The notes beneath the pieces were generated by a model, which did no database searches, was not told the DNA's origin, and saw nothing but the letters and a program-made list of their open reading frames with translations. Shown here piece by piece: positions 1 to 8,525 of a stretch of DNA of 29,919 nucleotides (positions within the stretch are counted from its first letter, which is position 1; every line of letters starts with the position of its first letter). A program made the position numbers and the translations under genes. The stretch spans positions 1 through 29,919 of the IMG/VR virus record IMGVR_UViG_3300020044_009153, one strand, 5' to 3'. This DNA comes from a virus (Duplodnaviria > Caudoviricetes).

Positions 1-2
1 GT

Positions 3-1736
3 CGTCTGGTCCGGGTGGCGATGGTCAAGGGCAGGGACGGCAAAGAGGTAGAGAAGCATGTGCTGGTGTCAGACCCTCCATTCTTCATCACGAAGCGCAT
101 CCTCGAGGTGACGATGGGCGTGGAGAGTCTGCAGGCGGAGTGGGACGACGAGGGCCGGAGGAAGGTACAGGTAGAGTCGCGCCGTGTGTTATGCAGCAGT
201 AACGCTCTGCTGGGTTGTCTGGACACGGGCATACCTGTGACGTCTGCGACCTCTGCGGAGGCGGTCCGGTACATCGGCGCATCGGAGTCGCTGCTTCGTC
301 GGAGCGCGCATCAGGAGCGGATGTCGCGGGTGCTTGGATGGCATGGCACAGGCTTCCTGCTAGGCGAGGAGCGGATGGGCGATGCCCCTGCCTTCTTGAA
401 GCTGGATGAGACGGGAGGAAAGGCCGCGTCGATGGTGCATCGGAACGGGACGGCGCAGGAGTGGACAGAATCGCTGGTGCCGGCGCTGTGTGAGTACGAC
501 GCTCTGCGCGCGATGGTGGCGTCAGCGTCTGCATCAGCCCTGCTTCCGTTTCTGGGAGAGACGGCGCGACCGTTCTTCATGGACCTGTGTGGAGAGACAG
601 GGTGCGGCAAATCGCAGATGATGCAGATTGCGCTGTCTGCGATAGGACACCCACTTGAGCTGGCGACGACGTACAGCTCCACGCCGATTGCGATTCAGTC
701 TTACGTCAGCATGTTCGCTCACCACACGGTGGCAATCGACGAGACGAAGAACTGGCCTGACAGGTTAGGACCAAAGGGTCTGTCTGCGCTGGTGTACCAG
801 CTCATGAGCGGACGCGGCCGTGACCGTGGGACGACGGTCGTCGGGAAGTTCCAGCGGACGGAAGAGTTCAAGAGCATCATCATCAGTACGTCAGAGTACC
901 CGCTCTCGTCGATTACCGGAGACGGTGGCCTTCGCTCGAGGTGCGTGACGCTGCATGGGTTGCCATGGGGCACGCAGTCTCCTGCGATGGCAGCGAAGAT
1001 TGCTGACCTGCTGTCAAAGGTGTCGATGCACTACGGCCACGCGCAGCGTCGGATGGTTGAACACCTGCAGAGTCTGGACGACGCAGGAAAGAAGCGGCTG
1101 CGTGCATCGTGGAACCATTACCAGGCGGAGTTCACGACGCGTGCGCTGCAGCTGTCGCCGGGGAATAAGGTAGCGCCTCGTCTGGCCGGTTACATGGCGA
1201 CGCTAGAACTGTCATGGAGGCTACTGCAGGACTTCATGGCGGAGTGGGTTGGAGAGGCCGCTTTGCCGGTGGACTGGTACGACATCATGGTCGGCACCGA
1301 CGAGCTGTGGATGAAGGTGCTGTCAGCGGGAGCCAGTGCGGACCGTCCGCTTGCAGCTTTGGAGTTCGTGATGGGCCTCGTTGCGCTCGAGCCGGATAAG
1401 TTCGCGAACGTGGGTGCGAAGACGCAGGAGCAGCCGAACGGTGGCTGGATGGGCGTGGCGCGCGTGCAGGACGGGACGGTGTCTGAGCTGGGACTGGTCG
1501 TCAGCAAACTGCGCGAGGTGTTGAAGCGTGCGGACTTCGACGCAGAGGGCATCTTCAAGGCATGGCAGCTGCGCGGCTGGCTGGAGACTGACGCGAAGCG
1601 CCTGGACAAGAAGGCGATGGTTGCAGGCGTTCGGACGCGCTGCATGGTTTTCTCTAAAGCCGCTTTGACGGCCTCGCATGGAGAGCCGGTGCCGGACATC
1701 CGCATGGTTGATGAAGGCTTCGAAGATGTCGTCTGA
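3..1736 (+). CDS. DUF927-containing P-loop ATPase (helicase or primase-helicase C-terminal part, Cch-like); 5' end probably outside window
   Basis: Frame open from base 3. LGWHG..FL motif, Walker A GETGCGKS, Walker B-like AIDET, 'YQLMSGRGRDRG' and 'STSE' motifs typical of DUF927/Cch-type helicases; wHTH-like C-terminus (W..RGWL). Confidence 0.75.
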   Translation, partial: RLVRVAMVKGRDGKEVEKHVLVSDPPFFITKRILEVTMGVESLQAEWDDEGRRKVQVESRRVLCSSNALLGCLDTGIPVTSATSAEAVRYIGASESLLRRSAHQERMSRVLGWHGTGFLLGEERMGDAPAFLKLDETGGKAASMVHRNGTAQEWTESLVPALCEYDALRAMVASASASALLPFLGETARPFFMDLCGETGCGKSQMMQIALSAIGHPLELATTYSSTPIAIQSYVSMFAHHTVAIDETKNWPDRLGPKGLSALVYQLMSGRGRDRGTTVVGKFQRTEEFKSIIISTSEYPLSSITGDGGLRSRCVTLHGLPWGTQSPAMAAKIADLLSKVSMHYGHAQRRMVEHLQSLDDAGKKRLRASWNHYQAEFTTRALQLSPGNKVAPRLAGYMATLELSWRLLQDFMAEWVGEAALPVDWYDIMVGTDELWMKVLSAGASADRPLAALEFVMGLVALEPDKFANVGAKTQEQPNGGWMGVARVQDGTVSELGLVVSKLREVLKRADFDAEGIFKAWQLRGWLETDAKRLDKKAMVAGVRTRCMVFSKAALTASHGEPVPDIRMVDEGFEDVV

Positions 1737-1819
1737 GGTAGTGGACTTCGAAGATAGCGCCTTTCCCATCTGACCTTTGGAGCAGGTGAAGAAAGTTCGC
1801 TGTGTGTGTCGTTAGTAGG

Positions 1820-1848
1820 TTGACAGTGTATCTTTGCGCGTCTAGGAT
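1820..1848 (+). promoter_or_regulatory. sigma70-type promoter
   Basis: TTGACA (1820-1825), 17 bp spacer, TAGGAT (1843-1848), in the intergenic region before the recombination operon. Confidence 0.7.
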
Positions 1849-1906
1849 AGCAGTCCGCTAGAGAGATTCCCCATCACGGCCATCGGGCCACACTAGAAGG
1901 AAGGTC

Positions 1907-2371
1907 ATGGACATCCATACCGACATTAGTCCTGTTCTGTCTCTTATCCCCCCTACTCTGACCATCGTGGCGCAGGTCCTGCCTCTGCCGTGGAAGGTCA
2001 CCTACACGTCGGCAACGTCGTACTCTCTGACTGCAGAGCGGAAGGTTGACCTGCTCACTGACCTGCCGGCGACTGAGAAGCCCGGTTACCAGAGCGAGTC
2101 CTGGAAGGTTCACTGCGTGGTTGTGATGGACGAGGTCCGCATCGTGCTGCAGGTCGGCACCCACGTGATGGACAACTTCGAAAGCTCCTTCTCTGTTGGC
2201 TGGACGAATCTGACGACTGCGACGCCGTCGCGTCCGGTTCTGCGTACGCAGCTCGAGAGCGCTCTGACGAACGAAGGCGCAGCTCACGCTGTGACCAGCG
2301 TCATCGACGAGCTGGTGATTCTGATGCAGGAGCGTCGTGACGCCATCCGCGCGACGGTGTGCCATGACTAA
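1907..2371 (+). CDS. hypothetical protein (154 aa)
   Basis: RBS GAAGGAAGG just upstream; overlaps the next gene; no recognised motif. Confidence 0.7.
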   Translation: MDIHTDISPVLSLIPPTLTIVAQVLPLPWKVTYTSATSYSLTAERKVDLLTDLPATEKPGYQSESWKVHCVVVMDEVRIVLQVGTHVMDNFESSFSVGWTNLTTATPSRPVLRTQLESALTNEGAAHAVTSVIDELVILMQERRDAIRATVCHD

Positions 2372-3437
2372 GCCCCGTCACACTTACGCGAATAAGCAGG
2401 CCGTGGCTCTGCCTCCTGCGGAACATGGCAGCGCGCAGTGGCAGCTGGGTCGTGCGAACCACATCGGTGCGTCTGAGGTCGCAGCGGTTCTGGGTGTCTC
2501 CAAGTGGGGAGGCCTCCTGGACATCGTGCGGACGAAGCGCGACCTGCGTGCAGGCATCGTGGACGAGAACGACAACGACGCGATGCGCTTTGGTCGCGAC
2601 TTCGAAGAGTTCATCGTCCGGGCTGGCATGCAGCGTCTGGGTATCACGACGATGTCGTCGCCTCTGGCGTGGACGCATCCGGAGTCTCTGGCCTTCGGAG
2701 CGGTGTCTGCGACTCCTGACGCACTCATCATTGACGAGCGCATTTCGTCTGGGTTCGGAGAGGAGCTGGTGGTTGCGACCTTCGAAGCGAAGGTGGACCG
2801 CAGCGGCGCAGACTGGCAGCAGGTGGACGAGTTCGGCTTCGCTGACCTCGAGCCGGGCGATATTAGGCTGGGGTACTATCTGCAAGTCCAAGCTCAATTG
2901 CTGGTTACAGGGGCAAAGAAGGGTTACCTCTGCGTGGCGACCGGCCTCGGATACGACCGCATCCACCTTCTGGAAATCCTCGAGGACAAAGAGACGCAGG
3001 CGACCATCATCGAAGCAGCAGAGGCTGCTATCGCGTGGGTCAATGACAGCGCCGGCAGGTGGCCTGCAGCGTCGGACAGCGACAGCCTGGCATCTCTGGC
3101 CGCGACCATCCGTCCGAAGGCTACCGACGACTCCATCATGGTGTCTGGTGCCGTTGAAGCAGCGATGGAGGAGTACACCGACCTGAACCGCTCCAAGAAG
3201 GTCATTGAAGACCGGCAGGACGCGCTCAAGAAGGTCATCGTGGCATACCACGCGGAGGGTCCGAAGCTGCACACGGCCTCCGGCATTAAGTCGTCGTTCA
3301 CGCCGGAGTCTTCGAAGGAGGCCTTTGACGCGAAGGCGTTTGAAGAGGCGCAGCCTGCGATGGCTGCACTGTACCGGAAGACTGTGACGCGGTCTGGCGG
3401 CGCGACCATCACAGCGCCGCGTGCGAAGAAGGGTTAG
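2364..3437 (+). CDS. YqaJ-like viral recombinase / lambda-exonuclease family nuclease
   Basis: W..R...IGASEVAAVLG, MRFGRDFEE, SATPDAL, FEAK, YYLQVQAQL..TG motifs; recT nearby. Confidence 0.9.
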   Translation: MTKPRHTYANKQAVALPPAEHGSAQWQLGRANHIGASEVAAVLGVSKWGGLLDIVRTKRDLRAGIVDENDNDAMRFGRDFEEFIVRAGMQRLGITTMSSPLAWTHPESLAFGAVSATPDALIIDERISSGFGEELVVATFEAKVDRSGADWQQVDEFGFADLEPGDIRLGYYLQVQAQLLVTGAKKGYLCVATGLGYDRIHLLEILEDKETQATIIEAAEAAIAWVNDSAGRWPAASDSDSLASLAATIRPKATDDSIMVSGAVEAAMEEYTDLNRSKKVIEDRQDALKKVIVAYHAEGPKLHTASGIKSSFTPESSKEAFDAKAFEEAQPAMAALYRKTVTRSGGATITAPRAKKG

Positions 3438-3471
3438 GCCTTCGCGCTGGGTTCAATGCCCGGCTTCGCGC
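3421..3471 (+). ncRNA. tRNA-elbow-like structured element, copy A (no anticodon arm)
   Basis: GTGCGAA/TTCGCGC closing stem, GAAGG-GTTAGG-CCTTC hairpin, GCTGGG-TTCAATG-CCCGGC T-arm-like hairpin; same architecture as copy B. Confidence 0.5.
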
Positions 3472-3521
3472 CTTTATTTCAACCCGTCGCAATGAAGCGA
3501 CATTAGAACAGGAGAGAGGTC

Positions 3522-4214
3522 ATGAAGGTTCAAGAACAGTTAGCATTACAGTGTGCGTTGATGGCGCTTCAAACGCGCGTGCTTCCGCTCAAGGGCGAGA
3601 CTGCGACGGAGTTCGCTGTGCGTCTGAACGGCATCGGGTCTGGCATCTTGGCGGAGCTGCTGATGGATGCAGCAGAGTCTGACGACGACGGAGGAGAGAG
3701 CGACCCTGTGTACACGGAAGACGACGACCAGTCGGAGGAGTTCGAACCGGAAGAGACTCTGACTGAAGAGGGTCGGATTCGTTACTACATCGACGAGGAT
3801 GGGAAGGAGGACTGGTACGATTACAGCCAGCCGTCCGTGAAGCTGATGCCTGTGCATGCCTGCCCTCACTGCGAGAAGACCTGCAGTGAAGCGGAGGTGG
3901 ATGCCGTGTTCGGATTCCGGAACATGAAGCATGTCACGTCTGAAGGTGAGTTCACTGTGGTTCGCCGGCAGAGCTGGTGCCGTGACTGCCGTCTGGCGGC
4001 GCTGCGTCAGAAGCAGGCTGCTCGTCTGGAAGTGACGCAGGAGCTCAAGAAGGAGTTCGGCATCCCGGCCGGCATGCCTCCTGCTGACTTCGTGAAGCTG
4101 TTCCGTGTTTTGTCTAAAGGCCGTTCGCCGTTGCAGGTGTGGCTTCAGAACGAAGCAGCGCTGAGTAAGTGGGGACCCATCACCTGGTCGGTGGCACCGA
4201 AGAAGCCGGACTAG
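3522..4214 (+). CDS. hypothetical protein with acidic tract and Cys4 zinc-finger-like domain
   Basis: RBS AGGAGAG; D/E-rich segment; CPHC...FGFR...QSWCRDC. Confidence 0.75.
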   Translation: MKVQEQLALQCALMALQTRVLPLKGETATEFAVRLNGIGSGILAELLMDAAESDDDGGESDPVYTEDDDQSEEFEPEETLTEEGRIRYYIDEDGKEDWYDYSQPSVKLMPVHACPHCEKTCSEAEVDAVFGFRNMKHVTSEGEFTVVRRQSWCRDCRLAALRQKQAARLEVTQELKKEFGIPAGMPPADFVKLFRVLSKGRSPLQVWLQNEAALSKWGPITWSVAPKKPD

Positions 4215-4251
4215 GTTAGGCCTATGGCTGGGTTCGACTCCCAGCCGTCCG
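4207..4251 (+). ncRNA. tRNA-elbow-like structured element, copy B (no anticodon arm)
   Basis: CGGAC/GTCCG closing stem, TAGG-TTAGG-CCTA hairpin, GGCTGGG-TTCGACT-CCCAGCC arm with a canonical T-loop. Confidence 0.55.
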
Positions 4252-4291
4252 CATTCCCATGGTCGCAGGACCGCAACGAAGGAGAGAGAAG

Positions 4292-4687
4292 ATGTCACGC
4301 ATTGCAGACGAGCATTACATCAAAGGCCGCGAACGGGAGCAGGCGCTCGAGTTCATGGAGTACATCGTGGCCTGTGCCGCGAACTACTTCCAGCGCAAGT
4401 ATGGGCCTCTTCCGAAGCGCGTTGACGCTGTGGCGACTCCCAGCAGGAAGCGGAACAGCCCTCGCAAGTGGATGGAGCATCCTGTCCACGGCACTACCTT
4501 CGCGGAGATGAACCGGCAGATGACGACCATCCGCTCCACGTTGAAGACGCTCGAGTATCTGCAGAAGCAGCTGCCCTGGCAGACGCGAGAAGCGGAGATT
4601 GAGATGCAGAAAAAGTTGCTTTCCAATCTGCACCGGGAGTATGATTCTCTTCGCAAGAGCATCGTCGCTAGCGAGAGCTCGAACTAA
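4292..4687 (+). CDS. hypothetical protein, coiled-coil C-terminus
   Basis: RBS AAGGAGAG then ATG at 4292. Confidence 0.7.
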   Translation: MSRIADEHYIKGREREQALEFMEYIVACAANYFQRKYGPLPKRVDAVATPSRKRNSPRKWMEHPVHGTTFAEMNRQMTTIRSTLKTLEYLQKQLPWQTREAEIEMQKKLLSNLHREYDSLRKSIVASESSN

Positions 4688-4753
4688 CCAACCGCAACCC
4701 CAGATGAAGCCGCATTTCGCGGTCTTCGTGCGTTTAGACTAAGGACATTGACA

Positions 4754-5584
4754 ATGACAACCGAGATTCAGACACAACCACGCAAGGACCTCATCGGCTG
4801 GCTTGCAGCTCCTGCGACCTTGGAAGAGTTCCGGAAGGCGCTCCCCGCTGTGATGACCGCAGAGCGCTGGACGCGTTCGCTGCAGACGACTGCACGCAAG
4901 AACCCGAAGCTTCTCTCCTGCTCTCTGGCATCCGTCCAGGCGTGCATCATGACGGCTGCGCAGCTGGGACTGGAGCCTAACGTGCAGGGCCTGTGCTACC
5001 TAATCCCGCGTGGCAACGAATGCACGCTCATCATCGGGTACGAAGGCATGCTGGCGCTGATGCGTCGCAGCGGAGAGATTCGGAGCTTCAGCGCGAATGT
5101 GGTGCGGAAGTCGGACACCTTCAAGATTGCGCGCCACCTCGAGGTGCCGTTCATCCATGAAGAGAACCACGACCCGGACGCCGACGACAGCATGGTTGGC
5201 GTGTACTGCTTCGTCCGTCTGAAGAGCGGAGAGAACTTCATTGAGTACATGTCCAAGAAGCAGTGTGACCAGATTCGTTCGCGCAGCCAGTCGGGTTCGT
5301 CTGGACCGTGGAAGACGGATTACGAGCAGATGTGCCGGAAGACGGTCATCCGTCGCGCGTTCCACTACCTTCCGAAGTCCACGGACATTGTCCAGGCGCT
5401 CGAGCTGCTGGACGACGAAGAGCGTTCTGGTCAGACCATCGACGCGACGCATGCGCCTTTGGAGACTGTGAAGCGTGCAGGCCTTCGCATCCCGCTTCCT
5501 CCTCCGGCCGCAGACGACGAGGTGGAGAAGGTGTCCATCGACGTGGACGCGACTGACTCCGACGACAACGAGCTGCCGCTGTGA
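4754..5584 (+). CDS. recT: RecT family single-strand annealing recombinase
   Basis: NPKLLSC...AAQLGLEP...YLIPR..ECTLIIGYEGM..L..RSG, GPWKTDYEQMCRKTVIRR...YLPKS; acidic C-terminal tail. Confidence 0.95.
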   Translation: MTTEIQTQPRKDLIGWLAAPATLEEFRKALPAVMTAERWTRSLQTTARKNPKLLSCSLASVQACIMTAAQLGLEPNVQGLCYLIPRGNECTLIIGYEGMLALMRRSGEIRSFSANVVRKSDTFKIARHLEVPFIHEENHDPDADDSMVGVYCFVRLKSGENFIEYMSKKQCDQIRSRSQSGSSGPWKTDYEQMCRKTVIRRAFHYLPKSTDIVQALELLDDEERSGQTIDATHAPLETVKRAGLRIPLPPPAADDEVEKVSIDVDATDSDDNELPL

Positions 5585-6057
5585 GCATCATGCGAGGGAG
5601 CCGGACCGCCTTTCCGGAACATAACTGTCCGCACTGTCTGAAGTACGCATGGGGCGCTGTGGAGTTCATCGCCTCTAACGGCGCGCAGCATTATCGCTGC
5701 GGCTGCATGGAGTGCGACAGCGAAGTGGTGGCATGGCCTGACCGCGTGCAGGAGGCCCTTCCTGGCATGTCTGACTGCAGGGTCGGAGACAGGTACGACC
5801 TGACGAAAGAGTTCGCGCTGTCGCAGGGCATCGTGAAGCGGGTCCAGTCGCCGGAGCTTCAGTATGCAGCTGCAGAGTCGTTCCCCGGTCCGACCTGCAA
5901 TGTCTGCGGCGACCCGTTCGTCGAAGCACACCATTACGCACCGAAGGAGTTCTTCGGAGTGGCGGAGGCCGATGCCTTCGGAACAGTTCCGCTTTGCAAG
6001 AAGCATCACGACAGATGGCACCAGGTCATCAACGATTTCATGAAGAGGGCACGATGA
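5581..6057 (+). CDS. HNH-like nuclease with N-terminal zinc ribbon
   Basis: N-terminal CPHC...CMEC; C-terminal CNVCG...EAHHYAP...PLCKKHHDRWH; GTGA overlap with recT stop. Confidence 0.65.
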   Translation: MSIMRGSRTAFPEHNCPHCLKYAWGAVEFIASNGAQHYRCGCMECDSEVVAWPDRVQEALPGMSDCRVGDRYDLTKEFALSQGIVKRVQSPELQYAAAESFPGPTCNVCGDPFVEAHHYAPKEFFGVAEADAFGTVPLCKKHHDRWHQVINDFMKRAR

Positions 6058-6398
6058 TGACGACCGAAAAGACAGACACCTTTCCGGAGGTGCGTGAGCT
6101 CATCCGGATGCGGACCTCGCAGGTTCACGGCAGTTACTCTGCGCTGGCATCGTCCTGCGGCATGAGCAGGCAGCTGCTCTACAAGCGTGTGGAGTCAGCG
6201 ACGCAGTGGCCTAACACGCACAAGTGGTGGGTGTTCGTGCTGTTCCTTCACGACCCGCTGGACCGACTGACTGTGCAGGATGCTCTGGCTGTGAGCGTGC
6301 CTTCGAAGGAGAAGGTTCAACACGGCCTGCATGGACAGGAGGTCGTATGGGAAGAGTGCAAGAAGACGAAGGGCAACTGGCACCAGTGGAGGCGGTAA
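6054..6398 (+). CDS. putative HTH DNA-binding protein
   Basis: SYSALASSCGMSRQLLYKRV resembles a Cro/XRE-like helix-turn-helix; ATGA overlap. Confidence 0.55.
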   Translation: MMTTEKTDTFPEVRELIRMRTSQVHGSYSALASSCGMSRQLLYKRVESATQWPNTHKWWVFVLFLHDPLDRLTVQDALAVSVPSKEKVQHGLHGQEVVWEECKKTKGNWHQWRR

Positions 6399-6769
6399 TG
6401 GCGAAGCGAATCAAGAGTCGAGTGAAGTTGACCACCGATGATTACATCAAGGTCAACATGGTTAGTAACTATGGTCGCATCTTCGCTCGTAAGTGGGGAG
6501 CTCCAGGCTGCGAAACATGCCAACGCTTTTCGGATGCTCTGCGTGATGCCATTGTCGATAAGTACCTGTCTATGACGATTGAAGAGAGGGACACGCTCGG
6601 GACCAGACACTTGGTTGCAGACCCGCAGACGTTTGCCATCATTCACAGCGGTGTGTGGCTGATTGACGAAGTTAGGATGCTTGAATGCGAAACAGTCCCA
6701 GCTTGCCATTCGTGCGGCTACAAGCCCGCCAATCAGTTTGCAGAGTCAGACGACGAGGTCACTCCATGA
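6398..6769 (+). CDS. hypothetical protein with two CxxC motifs
   Basis: TAATG coupling; CETC and CHSC motifs. Confidence 0.65.
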   Translation: MAKRIKSRVKLTTDDYIKVNMVSNYGRIFARKWGAPGCETCQRFSDALRDAIVDKYLSMTIEERDTLGTRHLVADPQTFAIIHSGVWLIDEVRMLECETVPACHSCGYKPANQFAESDDEVTP

Positions 6770-7173
6770 CCACCGAACAGTTAGAACAATTCGAAGAGTT
6801 GGCGCGCCGCGCGGTCGCGTGCAAGCGGTGGCGGTGGATGCCGGGCATGCTGTCCGACAAGGGCCTGCGTGTCTATCGCCGTGACGATGACGGCTATGTC
6901 GTCGGCTACTACGCGAATCAGGAATACATCAGTCAATGCGTTCCCGGTACGCTTCCCACACTCTCCGACCCTGCGACGCTTGGATGCCTGCTGGCTCTGG
7001 TACGCGAAGCATGGGGACCGACTGCAAGCGTGTCCGTGAACCTCAGCGGGTTCTGGGCTGTCGGTGGCGCGACGGTTCTGTCTGGCAAAGGCAAAGGTGC
7101 AAGCATCAACCTCGGCATCTGGAAGGCGACTGAGATTGACGCACTGGTGTCTGCGCTCGAGGTGGCACCATGA
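6766..7173 (+). CDS. hypothetical phage protein
   Basis: ATGA coupling, RBS GAGG; LSDPATLGCLLALVREAW segment. Confidence 0.7.
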   Translation: MTTEQLEQFEELARRAVACKRWRWMPGMLSDKGLRVYRRDDDGYVVGYYANQEYISQCVPGTLPTLSDPATLGCLLALVREAWGPTASVSVNLSGFWAVGGATVLSGKGKGASINLGIWKATEIDALVSALEVAP

Positions 7174-7451
7174 GCATGGATTACAGCAAACTGCCCGATG
7201 GTCACATCATCGATGGAATCGCGCTGGTGTCGATGAAGCTGCAGGAGGCGAAGGGCTTCATGGCTGATGTCACGACTGCCAGGTACAAGCTGGGTCGCTG
7301 CAAGAAGAGCATGCAGGAGCCTGCGTGGAGCTGCATGATGGGCGTGTACACGCTGCGCATTGAGAACTTGAAAGGGTTCATGGCGGAGATGAAGCTCCTG
7401 CTGCAGCGTCTCGAGCTCGAGCTGAAGAGCAGAGGCATTCATGACGACTAA
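7170..7451 (+). CDS. hypothetical helical protein
   Basis: ATGA coupling, RBS GAGGTG. Confidence 0.65.
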   Translation: MSMDYSKLPDGHIIDGIALVSMKLQEAKGFMADVTTARYKLGRCKKSMQEPAWSCMMGVYTLRIENLKGFMAEMKLLLQRLELELKSRGIHDD

Positions 7452-7920
7452 CACTAAGCGCGAAGAAGCCATCGCTCGCATCATGGCCGTGGCGCAGCAG
7501 ATTGCGGACCGTGACGCTGCAGCTGCACAGGCCGTCATCGACAGGAAGCGGAAGAAGAAGGAGACGAAGAAAGCATGGGCTCTCGCGAACCCAGAGAAGG
7601 CGAAGGAAGCGCAGCGGAAGAAGCAGGCGAAGCGCGATGCCTGGAGGAGAGAGAAGTACGCGACCGACCCTGTGTATGCAGCTGCGGTCCGACAGAAGCG
7701 CAGGGAGGAGTACGCAGCGAAACGGGAGCGTCTAGGTGCAGAGGTGTACAACGCGATTCAGAGAGCCGCTGTGAAGGCTCGCAAGGCCCTCAACCCAGAG
7801 GCGTTCAGGGCGAAGGACAGAGAGTACCGGAAGCAGCGCAGAGCGCAGCAGAAGGCCGCAGCTGTAAAGCATTGGCTTACAACTGAACCCTCCGGAGATT
7901 CCGGAGAGATGAACCATTAG
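7441..7920 (+). CDS. highly basic K/R/E-rich helical protein
   Basis: Repeated NPE/DP..Y/F...R..R units; N-terminus resembles the internal part of 9742..11085. Confidence 0.7.
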   Translation: MTTNTKREEAIARIMAVAQQIADRDAAAAQAVIDRKRKKKETKKAWALANPEKAKEAQRKKQAKRDAWRREKYATDPVYAAAVRQKRREEYAAKRERLGAEVYNAIQRAAVKARKALNPEAFRAKDREYRKQRRAQQKAAAVKHWLTTEPSGDSGEMNH

Positions 7921-7969
7921 AAGAAATCGAACAGTTGTTTCCAAAATGGAAACATGTGGTTGGTTACAC

Positions 7970-8020
7970 CGCATAACCATCTCATAACCGCGCATACCGG
8001 CGCATAACCGCGCATAAGGC
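7970..8020. repeat. five tandem imperfect 10-bp repeats (consensus CGCATAACCG)
   Basis: cgcataacca(t) ctcataaccg cgcataccgg cgcataaccg cgcataaggc; preceded by the inverted repeat TGTTTCCA-AAA-TGGAAACA (7936-7954). Confidence 0.85.
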
Positions 8021-8024
8021 TACC

Positions 8025-8525
8025 ATGTCATCATTCATCTACTCTGGCGTGGACCCGGGAAAGAACGGCGCGATTGCCAGCATCGACCAGGACGGCGCAG
8101 TCCTGAAGATTAGCCGCTTCAAAGACGCAGACACAGAAGGCCGCATCGCCCTGGTCATCGCAGACCACTTCGCGGAGCTGGACGACGGCATCCACGCAGC
8201 GACCATTGAACGGGTTGGCGCGATGCCGAAGCAGGGCCTTTCAAGTACGTTCACTTTTGGGAGGGTGTATGGGGAGGCATGGGCTGGCCTCTTACTCTCA
8301 AAGGCCGGAGGCGTCCGCGTCCATGCAGTCACACCATCCATGTGGCAGCGCGACATGTACCTTCCGAAGCGCGACTGCGTGACGAACCATAAGCGCACCT
8401 TGAAGGAGGAGGCGGAGAAGCGGTTCGGACGCAAGTTCATCCTCGCAGAAGCAGACGCGGTCTGGCTGGCCGAATGGTCGCGCATGAAGGGACCGTGGAG
8501 CCGTGGCATGCGAGCGGAGGGTTAG
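8025..8525 (+). CDS. RuvC-like Holliday junction resolvase
   Basis: GVDPGKNGAIA, IERVGAMPKQG.SSTFTFG..YG, VTP..W, ADAVWLA catalytic motifs. Confidence 0.88.
   Translation: MSSFIYSGVDPGKNGAIASIDQDGAVLKISRFKDADTEGRIALVIADHFAELDDGIHAATIERVGAMPKQGLSSTFTFGRVYGEAWAGLLLSKAGGVRVHAVTPSMWQRDMYLPKRDCVTNHKRTLKEEAEKRFGRKFILAEADAVWLAEWSRMKGPWSRGMRAEG

Noticed and set aside
1771-1907. Anti-RBS pairing TGACCTTT with GAAGGTCA for the 1907 gene
   Set aside because: Only 7-8 bp about 130 nt apart with little supporting stem; could be chance.
4180-4260. Intact tRNA gene suggested by GGTTCGACTCC
   Set aside because: No anticodon arm, no full cloverleaf and no CCA; kept only as a tRNA-like element. An attP role is unsupported because no integrase is in the window.
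7970-8020. CRISPR array
   Set aside because: Units are 10 bp and contiguous with no spacers; no cas genes.
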